Shown here one piece after another: positions 46,467 to 57,506 of a DNA stretch of 64,000 bases. Below the pieces are notes generated by a model. The model was given only the letters and a program-made list of their open reading frames with translations. It searched no databases and was not told the DNA's origin. The first letter of the stretch is position 1; each line of letters starts with the position of its first letter. The stretch is from Candidatus Eiseniibacteriota bacterium (GTDB lineage Bacteria; Arandabacterota; Arandabacteria; Arandabacterales; Arandabacteraceae): contig JBDRNT010000171.1 of the NCBI GenBank assembly GCA_043810925.1, positions 1 to 64,000 of the forward strand, in the 5' to 3' direction. A program made the position numbers and the translations under genes.

Positions 46467-47461
46467 CCGTGAGCAGCACGTTAGCATCAAGAGTGAAAAC
46501 CACCTGCTATCTGTGCGGTTCCGCAACACCTGAGACCTCACTGAATACACGTGAGCTCGCCGTTATCCGTTGCGGGAGTTGCGGCCTGCGATTCTCCCAT
46601 CCGGCCCCGGCACCCGAAGCATTGCTTGAACTCAATTTGAAGAACCGGGCGTGTTACAGCCCTCCCACCGAGAAGAGACTGCACGCCGCTGTCAGGACCA
46701 TGGTCATGGAGGCAAACGGGGACTATCCGGAGGCGGGCATAACGGGAACGGTGGTAGCGCGACTCGTTCCCCGGCGCTTCACGCCCGATGTGATCCGGTA
46801 CATTCCCCACGGAAAAATCCTCGATGTGGGATTCGGGTCCGGGAAAATGCTCGACTGGCTGAAGGCTCACAGGTGGGAAACATGGGGAATAGACTTCTCC
46901 ATCAACGCTGTAGAGGTGATGTCGCTTAAGGGACATCATGTCGTCACAGCGGACGTCGAAAGAGATAATCTTGACTTACTGTCCAGGGGTTACTTCGATG
47001 TCATCAGGCTCAGTCACATACTCGAGCACCTGCGCGACCCCATAGGAGCACTCAAACGACTCAGACCCCTGCTCAAACCGGACGGGCGCATAGTCGTATC
47101 GATACCAAACCTCGAGAGCACGGCTGCACGGATACTAGGGCGGGATTGCACGATGCTCAATATCCCGCGTCACCTCTACTTCTTCTCACCCGCGGTGCTC
47201 GAAACCGTCCTGATGAAATCAGGATTCACGGTAACTCACAAGAGGGGCAAGGACTCACCGGGCATGGCCATGGGCAGTCTGGGCCGGATCCAGCGGGGGC
47301 AAAGCAGACTTGCTACATGGCGGGCATTCGCCCGATTGGCATACAACTGGTTGAAACCCCGGAGACCGCTTGAGTCATTCGATCTCATAACGTTCGACGC
47401 GACTGTCGCTGAGGATCAAACGCTAAACATGACACCCATGCAGCCAACTGGAGAACACTGA
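46457..47461 (+). CDS. Class I SAM methyltransferase with N-terminal Zn ribbon
   Basis: CYLC...CGSC; ILDVGFGSG; SHILEHL; PRHLYFFS. Confidence 0.85.
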   Translation: MPVTVSSTLASRVKTTCYLCGSATPETSLNTRELAVIRCGSCGLRFSHPAPAPEALLELNLKNRACYSPPTEKRLHAAVRTMVMEANGDYPEAGITGTVVARLVPRRFTPDVIRYIPHGKILDVGFGSGKMLDWLKAHRWETWGIDFSINAVEVMSLKGHHVVTADVERDNLDLLSRGYFDVIRLSHILEHLRDPIGALKRLRPLLKPDGRIVVSIPNLESTAARILGRDCTMLNIPRHLYFFSPAVLETVLMKSGFTVTHKRGKDSPGMAMGSLGRIQRGQSRLATWRAFARLAYNWLKPRRPLESFDLITFDATVAEDQTLNMTPMQPTGEH

Positions 47462-48894
47462 TGAATTATCTGAATTTCGGCCAATCAGCACTTGTACTGA
47501 TTTCAATTCTCTGCGTTCTGACCCTCGTGGTCCTCAAGAACTGGCGGTTCGGGATGTATACCTTCTTCGTATGGCTGCCCTTTGAAGACTTCGTCAGAAA
47601 ATTCGCGGGAAATGACATGGTGATCTATTTCGTAAAGGACTTCATCATCGCGATAACCTACTTCAGTTTCGTCATGTGGTCTCGTCACTCAGGGCAGAAA
47701 GACAGGCTCAGAAATCCTATTGCGGTCCCGCTTGCCCTGTGGTTCATATGGTCGGTCATCCAGGTCTTCAATCCCAGCCTGCCGGGGCTTATCCTCGGTC
47801 CTATCGGTCTGCGGATGAGCTTCATCTATGTACCGTTACTCTACCTTGGCTACCATTTCTTTGCAACGGAACGGACACTCCGGAAGTTCGCCCGGATCGT
47901 ACTGCTGGTAGCGCTTGTAGTGGGCGCCGTCGGTCTGGGACAGCTTCTCAGGGGTCCGGAGTTTCTGAATCCCTCGGGTATGGAGGTCAGGGGACTGCTC
48001 CTGACCAGCACAAGGGGGACAGAGGAGTCGGGGTATTTCAGCTACATGAGTTCGGTCTTCACCAATGCAGCCCGGTTCGGCCGTTTCTCACTGGTTACAC
48101 TTGCAATCGTCGGAGGGATCTTCTTCTACGCACGATCCAGCCAGTACCGGAGGCTCTCCCGCTATTCGCTGCTGGCGCTGATCGTCATCATGGCCAATCT
48201 CCTGGTCAACGGCTCGAGAGCTTTGTTTCTCGTCGTGGTTGCTTTCATTCTCGCGTTTGTCTGGATGACATCGATGTCACGGCGGGGACCGATACGCGCA
48301 TTCGTTCTGGGCCGGCGTATGGTGCTGATAGCCATCATAGGGCTGGTGAGTCTCCTGCTTGTCAATGCAGTAAATCCCCGGGTGGTCTCGGCCATCACAG
48401 GGTTTTACGGCCAGACCCTGCGGCCTGATTCTCAGGAATTCGAGGTAACCGATCGCATAAAGAAATATGCATTCACCAATCGAGGCAGCGTGTGGGGTGC
48501 GGTTACAAAATCCGGTGTCCTGGCTCACGGGACTGGCTCCGCCTCACAGGGACAGCAGTATCTCGGTATAGAGAAACCTCATGACTGGGTACCGGTTGAA
48601 GGAGGCTATGCAGCAATCGCCTGGGAGCACGGTATCATCGGCGTGGTGCTGGTACTCTGGTGGGCGGTATTTCTGCTCAGAGCGCAGTACCGGGTTGTCC
48701 GTAGACTTCGCGATACGCGTTTACATGGTCTTGGCGTGGGGATATTCCTCTGGTCCATGGCGTTCTTGTTTCCGCTCACTTTCATGGGGATGCAGGTGTT
48801 CCAGGACTTCATACCGAATGCGTACTTCTGGTTCTGGTCGGGAGTGATCTTCAAGCTGCCGGATCTGATCGAGAGCAATGCGAATCCTTCTTAA
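47461..48894 (+). CDS. wzy: Probable polysaccharide polymerase / O-antigen-ligase-like membrane protein
   Basis: About 11-12 TMs with large periplasmic loops; NGSRA; G.G...E.G.IG pattern; operon context. Confidence 0.65.
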   Translation: MNYLNFGQSALVLISILCVLTLVVLKNWRFGMYTFFVWLPFEDFVRKFAGNDMVIYFVKDFIIAITYFSFVMWSRHSGQKDRLRNPIAVPLALWFIWSVIQVFNPSLPGLILGPIGLRMSFIYVPLLYLGYHFFATERTLRKFARIVLLVALVVGAVGLGQLLRGPEFLNPSGMEVRGLLLTSTRGTEESGYFSYMSSVFTNAARFGRFSLVTLAIVGGIFFYARSSQYRRLSRYSLLALIVIMANLLVNGSRALFLVVVAFILAFVWMTSMSRRGPIRAFVLGRRMVLIAIIGLVSLLLVNAVNPRVVSAITGFYGQTLRPDSQEFEVTDRIKKYAFTNRGSVWGAVTKSGVLAHGTGSASQGQQYLGIEKPHDWVPVEGGYAAIAWEHGIIGVVLVLWWAVFLLRAQYRVVRRLRDTRLHGLGVGIFLWSMAFLFPLTFMGMQVFQDFIPNAYFWFWSGVIFKLPDLIESNANPS

Positions 48895-50017
48895 CAGCAC
48901 ACGTGATGAGATGCACAGCCTGGGTGGGGATTTCACCCACTGCCGGGACTGGCTCCGTTTGAACGATATGGATGACGTCGGTTTCAGGTTTGAGCCCGTC
49001 GAACGGGCCGGAGTGCGCGATCTCGGGGTGTTTCTGCGTAAGGGTATCGAGAAGGCCTGCAGAACCTGGCAGCCTGCCACACTGCGCCGCCGGTTGCTGC
49101 TTCTGTCACGCTATCTGTACGTGCCGCATAAATCTGTGGAGGATGCGGACCTGATATTCTCGCACCTCCTCTTCCCGCTCATACCGGGACAGAGCGACAT
49201 CCCGATAGTCTGGAATTCCCAGGGCATCTCACCCACGGCCTACTACGAGCGCTATAACGGTGGGCAGTGGACCACGGAAGATGTTGCCTTCATCTACAGC
49301 GCCCTGAGCAAGACCGCGCGGGTTCTTACGATAGCGACGGAAGCCTGCGCTCTTAACCTGCTCAGGTGGTGCCCCGAGCTGGCGGGAAAAATCCATGTTG
49401 TTCCGGCACCGGTCTTTGTTGAGAACGGAGCCGGCCGTGCCAAGCCATCGGAACGTGATGGTGAGATCAGACTCCTCTTCGTCGGTGTCGATGCCGTGCG
49501 GAAAGGACTTGTGGAGGTTATCGAGGCCCTTAAGACCGTCCGGACCAGACACCGCAACCTTCGGCTCGACATAGTCAGCGACCCTCCTGCCCGACTCCGG
49601 GATGAGATCGAACGGATCCCCGAAGCGCGGCTCCACATCTCATCCGAGGACATCAACGTGAGAGGAATGATGGCGGAGGCTGACATCTTCCTGATACCGA
49701 CCCATGCCGATACCTATGCCCTCGCAGCAGTCGAGGCGCTGGCACACAGGTGCGCCGTGATCATCTCCGATCTTGAACCTCTACCCGAGGTCGTACCGGA
49801 CGGCAGGGTGGGCTTCAACGTCCCCGTGGGTGATTCCGAGACGCTCACCCGGAAACTGGAGTCCCTGCTCGGCGATGATGATCTGCTCCGGCGGATGCAG
49901 GACAACGCCTACGATCTCTATCTCGAACGGCACCACCCCAACGCCGTGGCCGAAAGGCTGAGATCGGCATTTGAACACGCTACCCGGGGCCAAAACAGCG
50001 GCAGTCACCGGCAATGA
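48878..50017 (+). CDS. GT4 glycosyltransferase
   Basis: LLFVG...RKG, ADIFLIPTHADTYALAAVEA. Confidence 0.85.
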   Translation: MRILLNSTRDEMHSLGGDFTHCRDWLRLNDMDDVGFRFEPVERAGVRDLGVFLRKGIEKACRTWQPATLRRRLLLLSRYLYVPHKSVEDADLIFSHLLFPLIPGQSDIPIVWNSQGISPTAYYERYNGGQWTTEDVAFIYSALSKTARVLTIATEACALNLLRWCPELAGKIHVVPAPVFVENGAGRAKPSERDGEIRLLFVGVDAVRKGLVEVIEALKTVRTRHRNLRLDIVSDPPARLRDEIERIPEARLHISSEDINVRGMMAEADIFLIPTHADTYALAAVEALAHRCAVIISDLEPLPEVVPDGRVGFNVPVGDSETLTRKLESLLGDDDLLRRMQDNAYDLYLERHHPNAVAERLRSAFEHATRGQNSGSHRQ

Positions 50018-51153
50018 AAGTCCTTGTACTCGGAACCGACGCCTTCTCACGTGGAGGTATTCAACGCTATACCCACATGATGGCGCGTGCAATGGGAGAG
50101 ATAATGGGTAAACAGTCGGTGCGGTTGCTCACGGTCCTGGAACGCGACACCGGTCCCGATGCCCTCGGCTTTGACTATCTCGGGGGCGGTGGAAAGTCGC
50201 CCGGTCTTCGGGCCAAGCTCAAGTTCACATCGCTGGCACCCTACCATGTCGCAAAGAGCCGGCCCGATCTCATACTTTGCACGCATGTTAATGTGACCCC
50301 CATTGCCCTGCTGGCCAAGATGCTCTTCGGAACCAGGTACTACACATCGGCTCACGGCATAGAGGTCTGGGACGACCTGCCGTGGCTTAAGGGGATGGGG
50401 CTCCGGAGATCGGACCTGATACTTGCGGTCAGTAACTTCACCAGAGACCGCCTAATTGGAGATCATGGGATCGATCCCTCAAAAATCAGAATACTCACAA
50501 ACGCATTGGATTGCGACCTGATCAATCCCGCCACCCGCGGGGAGTCGGTCAATCAGTTGGATAAGAAGCCCGTGATCCTCACTGTCGGGAGAATCTCACG
50601 GCAAGAGCAGTACAAGGGCCAGGATGTGATCATCCTCTCCCTTCCCGCAGTGCTCAAGGAGATCCCCGAAGCATGCTACGTCATTGTCGGCGAAGGAGAT
50701 GACAGAGAGCGCCTCGAAAGACTGGCCCGGCAGACCGGTGTCAGTGATTCCGTAGTCTTCACCGGTTGGGTTGACGAGGACGACCTGCCGGCGTACTACC
50801 GCGCATGCAATGTCTTCGCCATGCCGAGCCGGGTTGAGGAGCGTGATGGCAGGTGGACAGGCGAGGGTTTTGGGATCGCCTATATCGAAGCTGCGGCTTT
50901 CGGCAAACCCGTGGTCGCCGGCAGGCACGGAGGCTCAGGCGAGGCGGTGCTCGACGGGAAAACCGGTTTTCTGGTAGACCCGGGTGACACCGGCCAGGTC
51001 GCATCGGCTCTGATCAGACTGCTCAAAGACAAGAACCTCGCTGAGAGCATGGGCAGGCGGGGACAGGAATGGGTGACCGGCAATTTCACATCCGACGTTT
51101 TCAAGAGAACACTGAGGGACATTATCAACCTCGAACCCGTTAAGACATTATGA
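50014..51153 (+). CDS. GT4 glycosyltransferase (PimB-like)
   Basis: AHGIEVW, LTVGRI...YKGQD, EGFGIAYIEAAAFGKPVV. Confidence 0.9.
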   Translation: MKVLVLGTDAFSRGGIQRYTHMMARAMGEIMGKQSVRLLTVLERDTGPDALGFDYLGGGGKSPGLRAKLKFTSLAPYHVAKSRPDLILCTHVNVTPIALLAKMLFGTRYYTSAHGIEVWDDLPWLKGMGLRRSDLILAVSNFTRDRLIGDHGIDPSKIRILTNALDCDLINPATRGESVNQLDKKPVILTVGRISRQEQYKGQDVIILSLPAVLKEIPEACYVIVGEGDDRERLERLARQTGVSDSVVFTGWVDEDDLPAYYRACNVFAMPSRVEERDGRWTGEGFGIAYIEAAAFGKPVVAGRHGGSGEAVLDGKTGFLVDPGDTGQVASALIRLLKDKNLAESMGRRGQEWVTGNFTSDVFKRTLRDIINLEPVKTL

Positions 51154-52520
51154 TGAAGATTCTCAATACAAGTCGCTGTTTCTACCCGGCAACCCAGTAC
51201 GGTGGACCGATCTGGAAGATGCGGGCGATCGCCGGCGGGCTCTCGGAGCTAGGGCACTCAATCACGGTCTATACCTCCAATCTCACGAGCCCTGGAAAAA
51301 AGATGTCCGCCAGGACTACCACAGATCAAGTTGACGCCGCACGGGTCGTTTACTTCAACAGTCTCCTGAGTTACCACTGGGATGCAGTGACTCCGGAAAT
51401 CATGGGTCTCTGCCACCGGGAACTCAGGACTTTTGATGTTATTCACGTCTACGGCTACAGGGATTTCCTGTCGACCGTCGTGTGCTGGTATGCCCGCAGA
51501 TGGGATATTCCCTACGTCCTCGAACCGATGGGCATGTTCATCCCGATAGTCCGGAGCTTCGCAAAGAAGAGGATCTACGACAGGCTCTTGGGACGGAAAC
51601 TCACCGGTGGCGCCGCCAGAGTGATCGCCACGTCACTGGCCGAGCAACAGGACCTGATAAGCGCAGGCATCGACCCTGAAAAGATAGTCGTGAGACGAAA
51701 CGGCCTCGATCTTGCGGAGTTTAAAGACCGGCCCGTGCACGGCCGGTTTCGGGAACGTCTTGGACTTGCCCCATCCGACCGGCTGGTGCTCTATCTCGGT
51801 CGGATCTCAAGAAAGAAAGGCATCGATCTTCTGATACAGGCGTTTTCAAACAGGGGCATTCCGAGGACCAGGCTGGCGGTGGTCGGACCTGACGACTGTG
51901 ACGGTTATCTGAATGAACTCAAAACGCTGGTGGAAACACTGGGTCTCACCAACCACGTCACCTTCATCCCCCCCATCTATGGCAGCGCGAAACTCACAGC
52001 TTTAAGTGACGCAGACGTGTTTGTGCTTCCTTCACAGAACGAGAATTTCGGGAATGCGGTAGCCGAGGCGGTGGCATGCCGGACTCCGGTGATCGTCACC
52101 GACCGATGCGGTATCGCTCCCTTTATCATAGGAAAGCAAGGGGCCGGGTCCAGGCTGTCACAGAACGCGGAATACGGGGAGGGGTTTGGAACCCAGGCCG
52201 GACCCGGTCTGACTTGTAGCATCGGGGTTCCACCCCCGGCGAACCTCCATGCGTCAGGTGCGGAGCCCGGACTTGCCGGGCGCGGTGACCCGGCGGTGCA
52301 ACTGAAGGATGTCGCTACCCACTGCACCGAAGGTCGTGTCGGCCTCGTCATCCCGTACGATGTCGGCGCGCTCGGCGATGCGATGGTAAGAGTGCTCCTG
52401 GATGACGATCTCGCGAACCGATTCAGGCAAAACGCACCGGGAGCAGCGGAAGAGCTCTCCTGGGATGAACCAATCCGGCAAATGGAAGGACTCTACGAGG
52501 GAATAAGGAGGAAGTCATGA
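51150..52520 (+). CDS. GT4 glycosyltransferase carrying a ~67-aa in-frame insertion
   Basis: YGGP, YLGRISRKKG, PSQNENFGNAVAEA; non-GT segment between APFI and EGRVGLVIP. Confidence 0.87.
   Translation: MMKILNTSRCFYPATQYGGPIWKMRAIAGGLSELGHSITVYTSNLTSPGKKMSARTTTDQVDAARVVYFNSLLSYHWDAVTPEIMGLCHRELRTFDVIHVYGYRDFLSTVVCWYARRWDIPYVLEPMGMFIPIVRSFAKKRIYDRLLGRKLTGGAARVIATSLAEQQDLISAGIDPEKIVVRRNGLDLAEFKDRPVHGRFRERLGLAPSDRLVLYLGRISRKKGIDLLIQAFSNRGIPRTRLAVVGPDDCDGYLNELKTLVETLGLTNHVTFIPPIYGSAKLTALSDADVFVLPSQNENFGNAVAEAVACRTPVIVTDRCGIAPFIIGKQGAGSRLSQNAEYGEGFGTQAGPGLTCSIGVPPPANLHASGAEPGLAGRGDPAVQLKDVATHCTEGRVGLVIPYDVGALGDAMVRVLLDDDLANRFRQNAPGAAEELSWDEPIRQMEGLYEGIRRKS
52216..52300. repeat. GTAG/GCAG-type REP doublet, copy 2 (inside the CDS)
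   Basis: GTAGCATCGGGGTTCCACCCCCGGCG (52216-52241) and inverted TGCACCGCCGGGTCACCGCGCCCGGCA (52274-52300). Confidence 0.75.
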
Positions 52521-54274
52521 ACATTCTGGGTATCAACGCCTACCATGGCGATGCTTCGGCGGCACTCGTATGCGACGGCAAGCTCGTGGCGGCCGTCGAA
52601 GAGGAAAGATTCAACAGGGTCAAGCACGTCGCCGGCTTTCCTTACAATGCCGTCCGCTATTGTATTGAGGCGGCGGGCATAAAGCCCGAAGAGATAGACC
52701 ATGTGGCGATCTCGCGCAATCCGAGCGCTCACATTCACAAGAAACTCCTCTTCACTTTTTCCAGGCTGCCGAGTCTCAGCCTGCTCAGGAACAGGCTGGC
52801 CAACGTGGCCAGAGTCAGGGATGTGAAAGAGGAAGTGGCCAAGGCCCTCGATGTAGGTCCTGGGGACCTCCGATGTCAGATGCACAACATCGAACACCAT
52901 CGCGCCCACATGGCAAGCAGCTTCTTTGTGTCGGGTCTTGACCAGGCGGCCATCTTGTCGGTTGACGGTTTCGGTGATTTCGTCAGCGCCATGTGGGGAC
53001 TGGGGCATGGCAATAAGATCGACGTCGGCGGCTGGGTCGAATTTCCACACTCGCTCGGTCTTGCCTACACGGCTGTCACACAGTTCCTCGGTTTCCCGAA
53101 GTATGGCGACGAGTACAAAGTGATGGGTCTCGCCTCCTACGGGGAGCCCGTGTATGTCGACAAATTGCGCCGGATGATCAACGTAAGCAATAACGGCATC
53201 GGATACAAGCTCGACCTGTCGTGTTTCATTCATCACCGTGAGGGCGTGATGATGACCTGGGAAGAGGGCCCGCCCATAATGGCGAACGCCTATTCCTCAG
53301 GTATGGCCGACCTGCTGGGGCCCCCGCGCGAACCGGGTACCGAGATCGAAAGAAGGCATGAAAACATCGCCGCCTCGCTTCAGGCTGTGTTGGAGGAGGC
53401 GGTTTTCAGCATGGCCAATAAGCTCCACCGTCTCTATGACGTCGACAAGCTTTGCATGACAGGCGGCGTAGCCCTCAATTGCGTGGCGAACGGCAAGATC
53501 CTAAGCCAGACACCCTTCCAGGATCTCTACGTCCAACCCGCAAGTCACGACGGCGGCACGTCTCTCGGTGCTGCATACTGGGTCTGGCACCAGCTCCTGG
53601 GCAAACCCCGTGACTTCAACATGAACCACGTCTACTGGGGACCCGGATTCGACGACCAGGAGATACGCCGCGCCCTGGAGGCAAAGACGGCTAAGATCGA
53701 GAGCCAGGGCTGCACCCTGAAGAAGATCGAGGATCGCCAGGAACTTTGCCGCTGGACGGCTGCGGAGATCGACAAGGGCAAGGTCGTAGGGTGGTTCCAG
53801 GACAGAATGGAGTGGGGCCCGCGTGCACTTGGAAACAGGAGCATCGTAGTCGATCCGAGGAAGGCTGAGATGAAAGAGGTCTTGAACACCAGGATAAAAC
53901 GCAGGGAACCTTTCCGTCCGTTCGCTCCCTCGGTACTCGAAGAGGCCGTGGGGCACTATTTCGAAGCCAACTGTAAGTCGCCGTTCATGCTGGTGGCGCA
54001 GAATGTGATGCGCAGCAAGCAGGACGTGATACCCGCAGTCACGCATGTCGACGGTACAGCGAGGCCGCAGGCCGTCAGCAGGGAGACCAACCCTGCATAC
54101 TGGATGCTGATCAAGGAGTTCGAGAAACTGACCGGCGTACCTGTCGTCCTCAATACGTCATTCAACGAGAATGAGCCCATAGTCTGCACACCCGAGGAGG
54201 CCCTTGAGTGCTTCCTCAGAACCAGGATGGATGTGCTGGTGATGGGCCCGTACACGCTGCACAGGGAGGTTTGA
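52517..54274 (+). CDS. NodU/CmcH-family O-carbamoyltransferase
   Basis: [61 protein letters not shown]. Confidence 0.93.
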   Translation: MNILGINAYHGDASAALVCDGKLVAAVEEERFNRVKHVAGFPYNAVRYCIEAAGIKPEEIDHVAISRNPSAHIHKKLLFTFSRLPSLSLLRNRLANVARVRDVKEEVAKALDVGPGDLRCQMHNIEHHRAHMASSFFVSGLDQAAILSVDGFGDFVSAMWGLGHGNKIDVGGWVEFPHSLGLAYTAVTQFLGFPKYGDEYKVMGLASYGEPVYVDKLRRMINVSNNGIGYKLDLSCFIHHREGVMMTWEEGPPIMANAYSSGMADLLGPPREPGTEIERRHENIAASLQAVLEEAVFSMANKLHRLYDVDKLCMTGGVALNCVANGKILSQTPFQDLYVQPASHDGGTSLGAAYWVWHQLLGKPRDFNMNHVYWGPGFDDQEIRRALEAKTAKIESQGCTLKKIEDRQELCRWTAAEIDKGKVVGWFQDRMEWGPRALGNRSIVVDPRKAEMKEVLNTRIKRREPFRPFAPSVLEEAVGHYFEANCKSPFMLVAQNVMRSKQDVIPAVTHVDGTARPQAVSRETNPAYWMLIKEFEKLTGVPVVLNTSFNENEPIVCTPEEALECFLRTRMDVLVMGPYTLHREV

Positions 54275-54276
54275 GT

Positions 54277-55389
54277 ATGCCGAAGAAAGCGCTTATCACG
54301 GGCATAACCGGCCAGGACGGGTCCTATCTGGCGGAGTTCCTCGTCGCCAAGGGCTACGAGGTGCACGGCATAATCCGGAGGGCAAGCACCTTTAACACGG
54401 CCCGCATAGACCACATCTATGATGATCCTCACAGTCCGGACGCGCGGGTCTTCCTGCACTTTGGCGATCTCGCCGACTCCGAGCAGATCTCGAACATCAT
54501 CTACAACATAAGACCGCAAGAGGTCTATCACCTGGGTGCACAAAGCCACGTGCGCGTCAGCTTCGATGTTCCCGAGTACAGCGGCAACATCACGGGTCTC
54601 GGGACCACGCGGCTGCTTGAGGCCATAAGAAGAAGCGGCAACAATGTGAAGTTCTACCAGGCGTCGAGCAGTGAGATGTTCGGAGCCGCGCCGGCGCCTC
54701 AGAACGAACGCACACCCTTCATGCCCCGAAGTCCGTACGCATGCAGCAAGGTCTATGCATACTGGATGGTCGTCAACTACCGCCAGGGCTACGACATGTT
54801 CGCCTGCAACGGCATCCTCTTCAACCACGAGAGCCCCCGACGCGGGGAAACATTCGTCACACGCAAGATCACCCGCGCAGTCGCCGACATCGTCGCCAAA
54901 CGAAAGGACAAGCTCTACCTCGGCAATCTCGAAGCGAGAAGAGACTGGGGCTACGCGCCGGAATATGTTGAAGCGATGTATGAGGTGCTTCAGCTCGAAA
55001 GACCTGCCGATTTCGTGATCGGCACGGGCGAGTCACACTCGGTCAGGGCGTTCGCTGAGGCTGCCTTCTCGTATGTCGGTCTTGACTGGCGTGAACACGT
55101 CAGGGTCGATCAGCGTTACTTCCGCCCGACAGAGGTCGAGAGCCTGATCGCAGATCCGACGAAATCCGACCGGATCCTCCGACGCAGACCGAAACTGAGG
55201 TTCCATGAACTGGCGAAGGTGATGGTCGATGCCGACATGAGACGAATCGGGCTGACAGCACCCGGAGAGGGCGATGAGATTCTCGAGGACAAGTTCCCGA
55301 ACAGATGGTGGAGGGAAGGACAATGGATTTCTGGAAAAACAGAAGGGTCCTGGTCACAGGCGGAGCAGGGTTCCTTGGTACGCATCTAG
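54277..55389 (+). CDS. gmd: GDP-mannose 4,6-dehydratase
   Basis: [58 protein letters not shown]. Confidence 0.95.
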   Translation: MPKKALITGITGQDGSYLAEFLVAKGYEVHGIIRRASTFNTARIDHIYDDPHSPDARVFLHFGDLADSEQISNIIYNIRPQEVYHLGAQSHVRVSFDVPEYSGNITGLGTTRLLEAIRRSGNNVKFYQASSSEMFGAAPAPQNERTPFMPRSPYACSKVYAYWMVVNYRQGYDMFACNGILFNHESPRRGETFVTRKITRAVADIVAKRKDKLYLGNLEARRDWGYAPEYVEAMYEVLQLERPADFVIGTGESHSVRAFAEAAFSYVGLDWREHVRVDQRYFRPTEVESLIADPTKSDRILRRRPKLRFHELAKVMVDADMRRIGLTAPGEGDEILEDKFPNRWWREGQWISGKTEGSWSQAEQGSLVRI

Positions 55390-56275
55390 TAAAGCAGCTT
55401 CAGGCACGCGGAGGGCGGGAGATATTCATCCCCGACATCCCCGAATATGATCTGACGCAGTTGGAGGCTGTGGAACGGGTTTACCGGGATTCGAAACCCG
55501 ATGTGGTGATTCACCTTGCCGCACAGGTTGGCGGCATCGGAGCCAACCGGGCCAACCCCGGCAGGTTTTCTATGACAATCTTATGATGGGCGTACAGATG
55601 ATGGAAGTGGGACGGCACGCAGGCGTAGAGAAGTTCGTTGCCATCGGGACGATCTGCGCCTACCCGAAGCACACACCTGTCCCGTTTAAGGAGGAGAGCC
55701 TCTGGGACGGTTATCCCGAGGAGACGAACGCTCCTTACGGCCTCGCCAAGAAGATGTTGCTTGTACAGGCACAGGCATACCGGCAGCAATACGGTCTTAA
55801 TGCGATCTACCTGCTCCCTGTCAATCTCTATGGTCCCGGTGACAACTTCGATCTCGAGTCCTCCCATGTGATCCCGGCGATCATAAGGAAATGCGTGGAA
55901 GCCCGGGATAAGGGACATGGCCGGATAGCCGCCTGGGGCAGTGGTGAGGTCTCCCGTGAATTCCTTTATGTCAAGGACGCGGCCGAGGGCATTCTGCTTG
56001 CAGCGGAGCAATACAACAAGCCCGGCCCGGTCAACCTGGGCTCGGGCAAAGAGATAAAGATCAAAGACCTGGTACATCTGATTGGAGAGATTGTCGGATT
56101 CCAGGGTGAGATCGAGTGGGACCCCGCTCAGCCCGACGGACAGCCCAGACGTTGTCTGGATACGTCACTGGCCAAACGGGAATTCGGGTTCGAAGCCGCG
56201 ACCGACTTTCGGGAAGGGCTTGCGGAGACAGTACGATGGTACGAGGAGAGCATACGATGCGTATCCTGTTCATAA
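55323..56275 (+). pseudogene. fcl: GDP-L-fucose synthase, split by a 1-nt frameshift
   Basis: N-part [19 protein letters not shown]...[19 protein letters not shown] and C-part MMG...GTICAYPK...NAPYGLAKK...SHVIPA lie in different frames. One extra T at 55566-55569 restores [11 protein letters not shown]. Confidence 0.85.
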
Positions 56276-57489
56276 ACCAGTACTTCCACCCGGACCTGGC
56301 TTCCACCGGTCAACTGTTGACCGAACTCTGCACCAGTCTGGCAAAGCGCTTCGATGTCACCGTAGTCGCGGGGTTTCCTTCCTACACGGCCGGCGCCAAC
56401 CGCACACATCTAAAGAGTCCTGTAAGGATGGAGAGCCATGACGGGGTCAAGGTGATCCGGACCTACAACACCAGTCTGCCGCGCGGGTCCTCCATCGGGA
56501 GAATCGCCAATTACCTGAGCTTTTTCCTCTCATCTTTCTTCGGAGCCGTTTTCCTGGCCGGCAAACCCGACGTCGTGGTGACCATGACCGATCCACCCGT
56601 GATCGCTCTGACCGGCTACATCGTCAGCCGGATCAGGAAGGCGCGCTTTGTCTTCATCAGCCAAGATGTCTTCCCCGAGGTCAGTAAAGCGCTGGGCAAG
56701 ATGGATTATAAACCTCTTGTGTGGCTCCTTGACCGGCTGAACAGGTTCTTGCTGAGGAAGTCGGATCAGATCGTAGCCATCGGGGAGACCATGCGAAAGA
56801 GACTGATCGAGAAAGGTGCCGACCCGGACAAGGTGGCGATAATCGAGAACTGGGTGGACACAGATCTCATCGCCCCGCAGGACCGAAGCAACCCGTTTTC
56901 CCATGAGCATAAACTTACGGGCAAGTTCGTCGTCATGCACTCCGGGAACATCGGGCTTTCGCAGGATCTTGAAACCCTGATCGAGGCCGCAAGTCTTCTC
57001 AAAGACAACGATGAGGTGGTCTTCGCGATAATCGGGGACGGGGTCAGCAAGGATAAACTCAGCAAACTCGTGGACAAACTCTCACTTGCGAACGTGAAGT
57101 TTATCCCGTACCAGAACAAGGAAGACCTCAAGCACTCGTTGTCATCGGCGGACGTATCCGTTGTCTCTCTTAAGAAGGGGCTCGCGGGTTACATAGTGCC
57201 GAGCAAACTGCATGGCATCCTCGCGAGCGGCAGAACGGTACTGGCGGCGGTCGAGGACGAGTGCGAAGTCGCGAAAATCGTCAAGGATGAGAACTGCGGC
57301 AAGGTGATACAACCCGGCAATCCGCAGGAGATGGTCGACGCCATTATGCACTTCCTTAAGAACCCTGACCTGCTCGAAGAACACGGTAGGAACGCCAGGG
57401 ATGCCGGCGAGAAAAAGTACTCCAGGAAACAAGCCATGGACAAGTATGAAGATCTGCTCGTAACAGTAACCAACGGAAACAAGGATTGA
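56257..57489 (+). CDS. GT4 glycosyltransferase (WcaI/WbuB-like)
   Basis: [46 protein letters not shown]. Confidence 0.9.
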   Translation: MRILFINQYFHPDLASTGQLLTELCTSLAKRFDVTVVAGFPSYTAGANRTHLKSPVRMESHDGVKVIRTYNTSLPRGSSIGRIANYLSFFLSSFFGAVFLAGKPDVVVTMTDPPVIALTGYIVSRIRKARFVFISQDVFPEVSKALGKMDYKPLVWLLDRLNRFLLRKSDQIVAIGETMRKRLIEKGADPDKVAIIENWVDTDLIAPQDRSNPFSHEHKLTGKFVVMHSGNIGLSQDLETLIEAASLLKDNDEVVFAIIGDGVSKDKLSKLVDKLSLANVKFIPYQNKEDLKHSLSSADVSVVSLKKGLAGYIVPSKLHGILASGRTVLAAVEDECEVAKIVKDENCGKVIQPGNPQEMVDAIMHFLKNPDLLEEHGRNARDAGEKKYSRKQAMDKYEDLLVTVTNGNKD

Positions 57490-57506
57490 GTCACGCGCTG
57501 TTTCAA

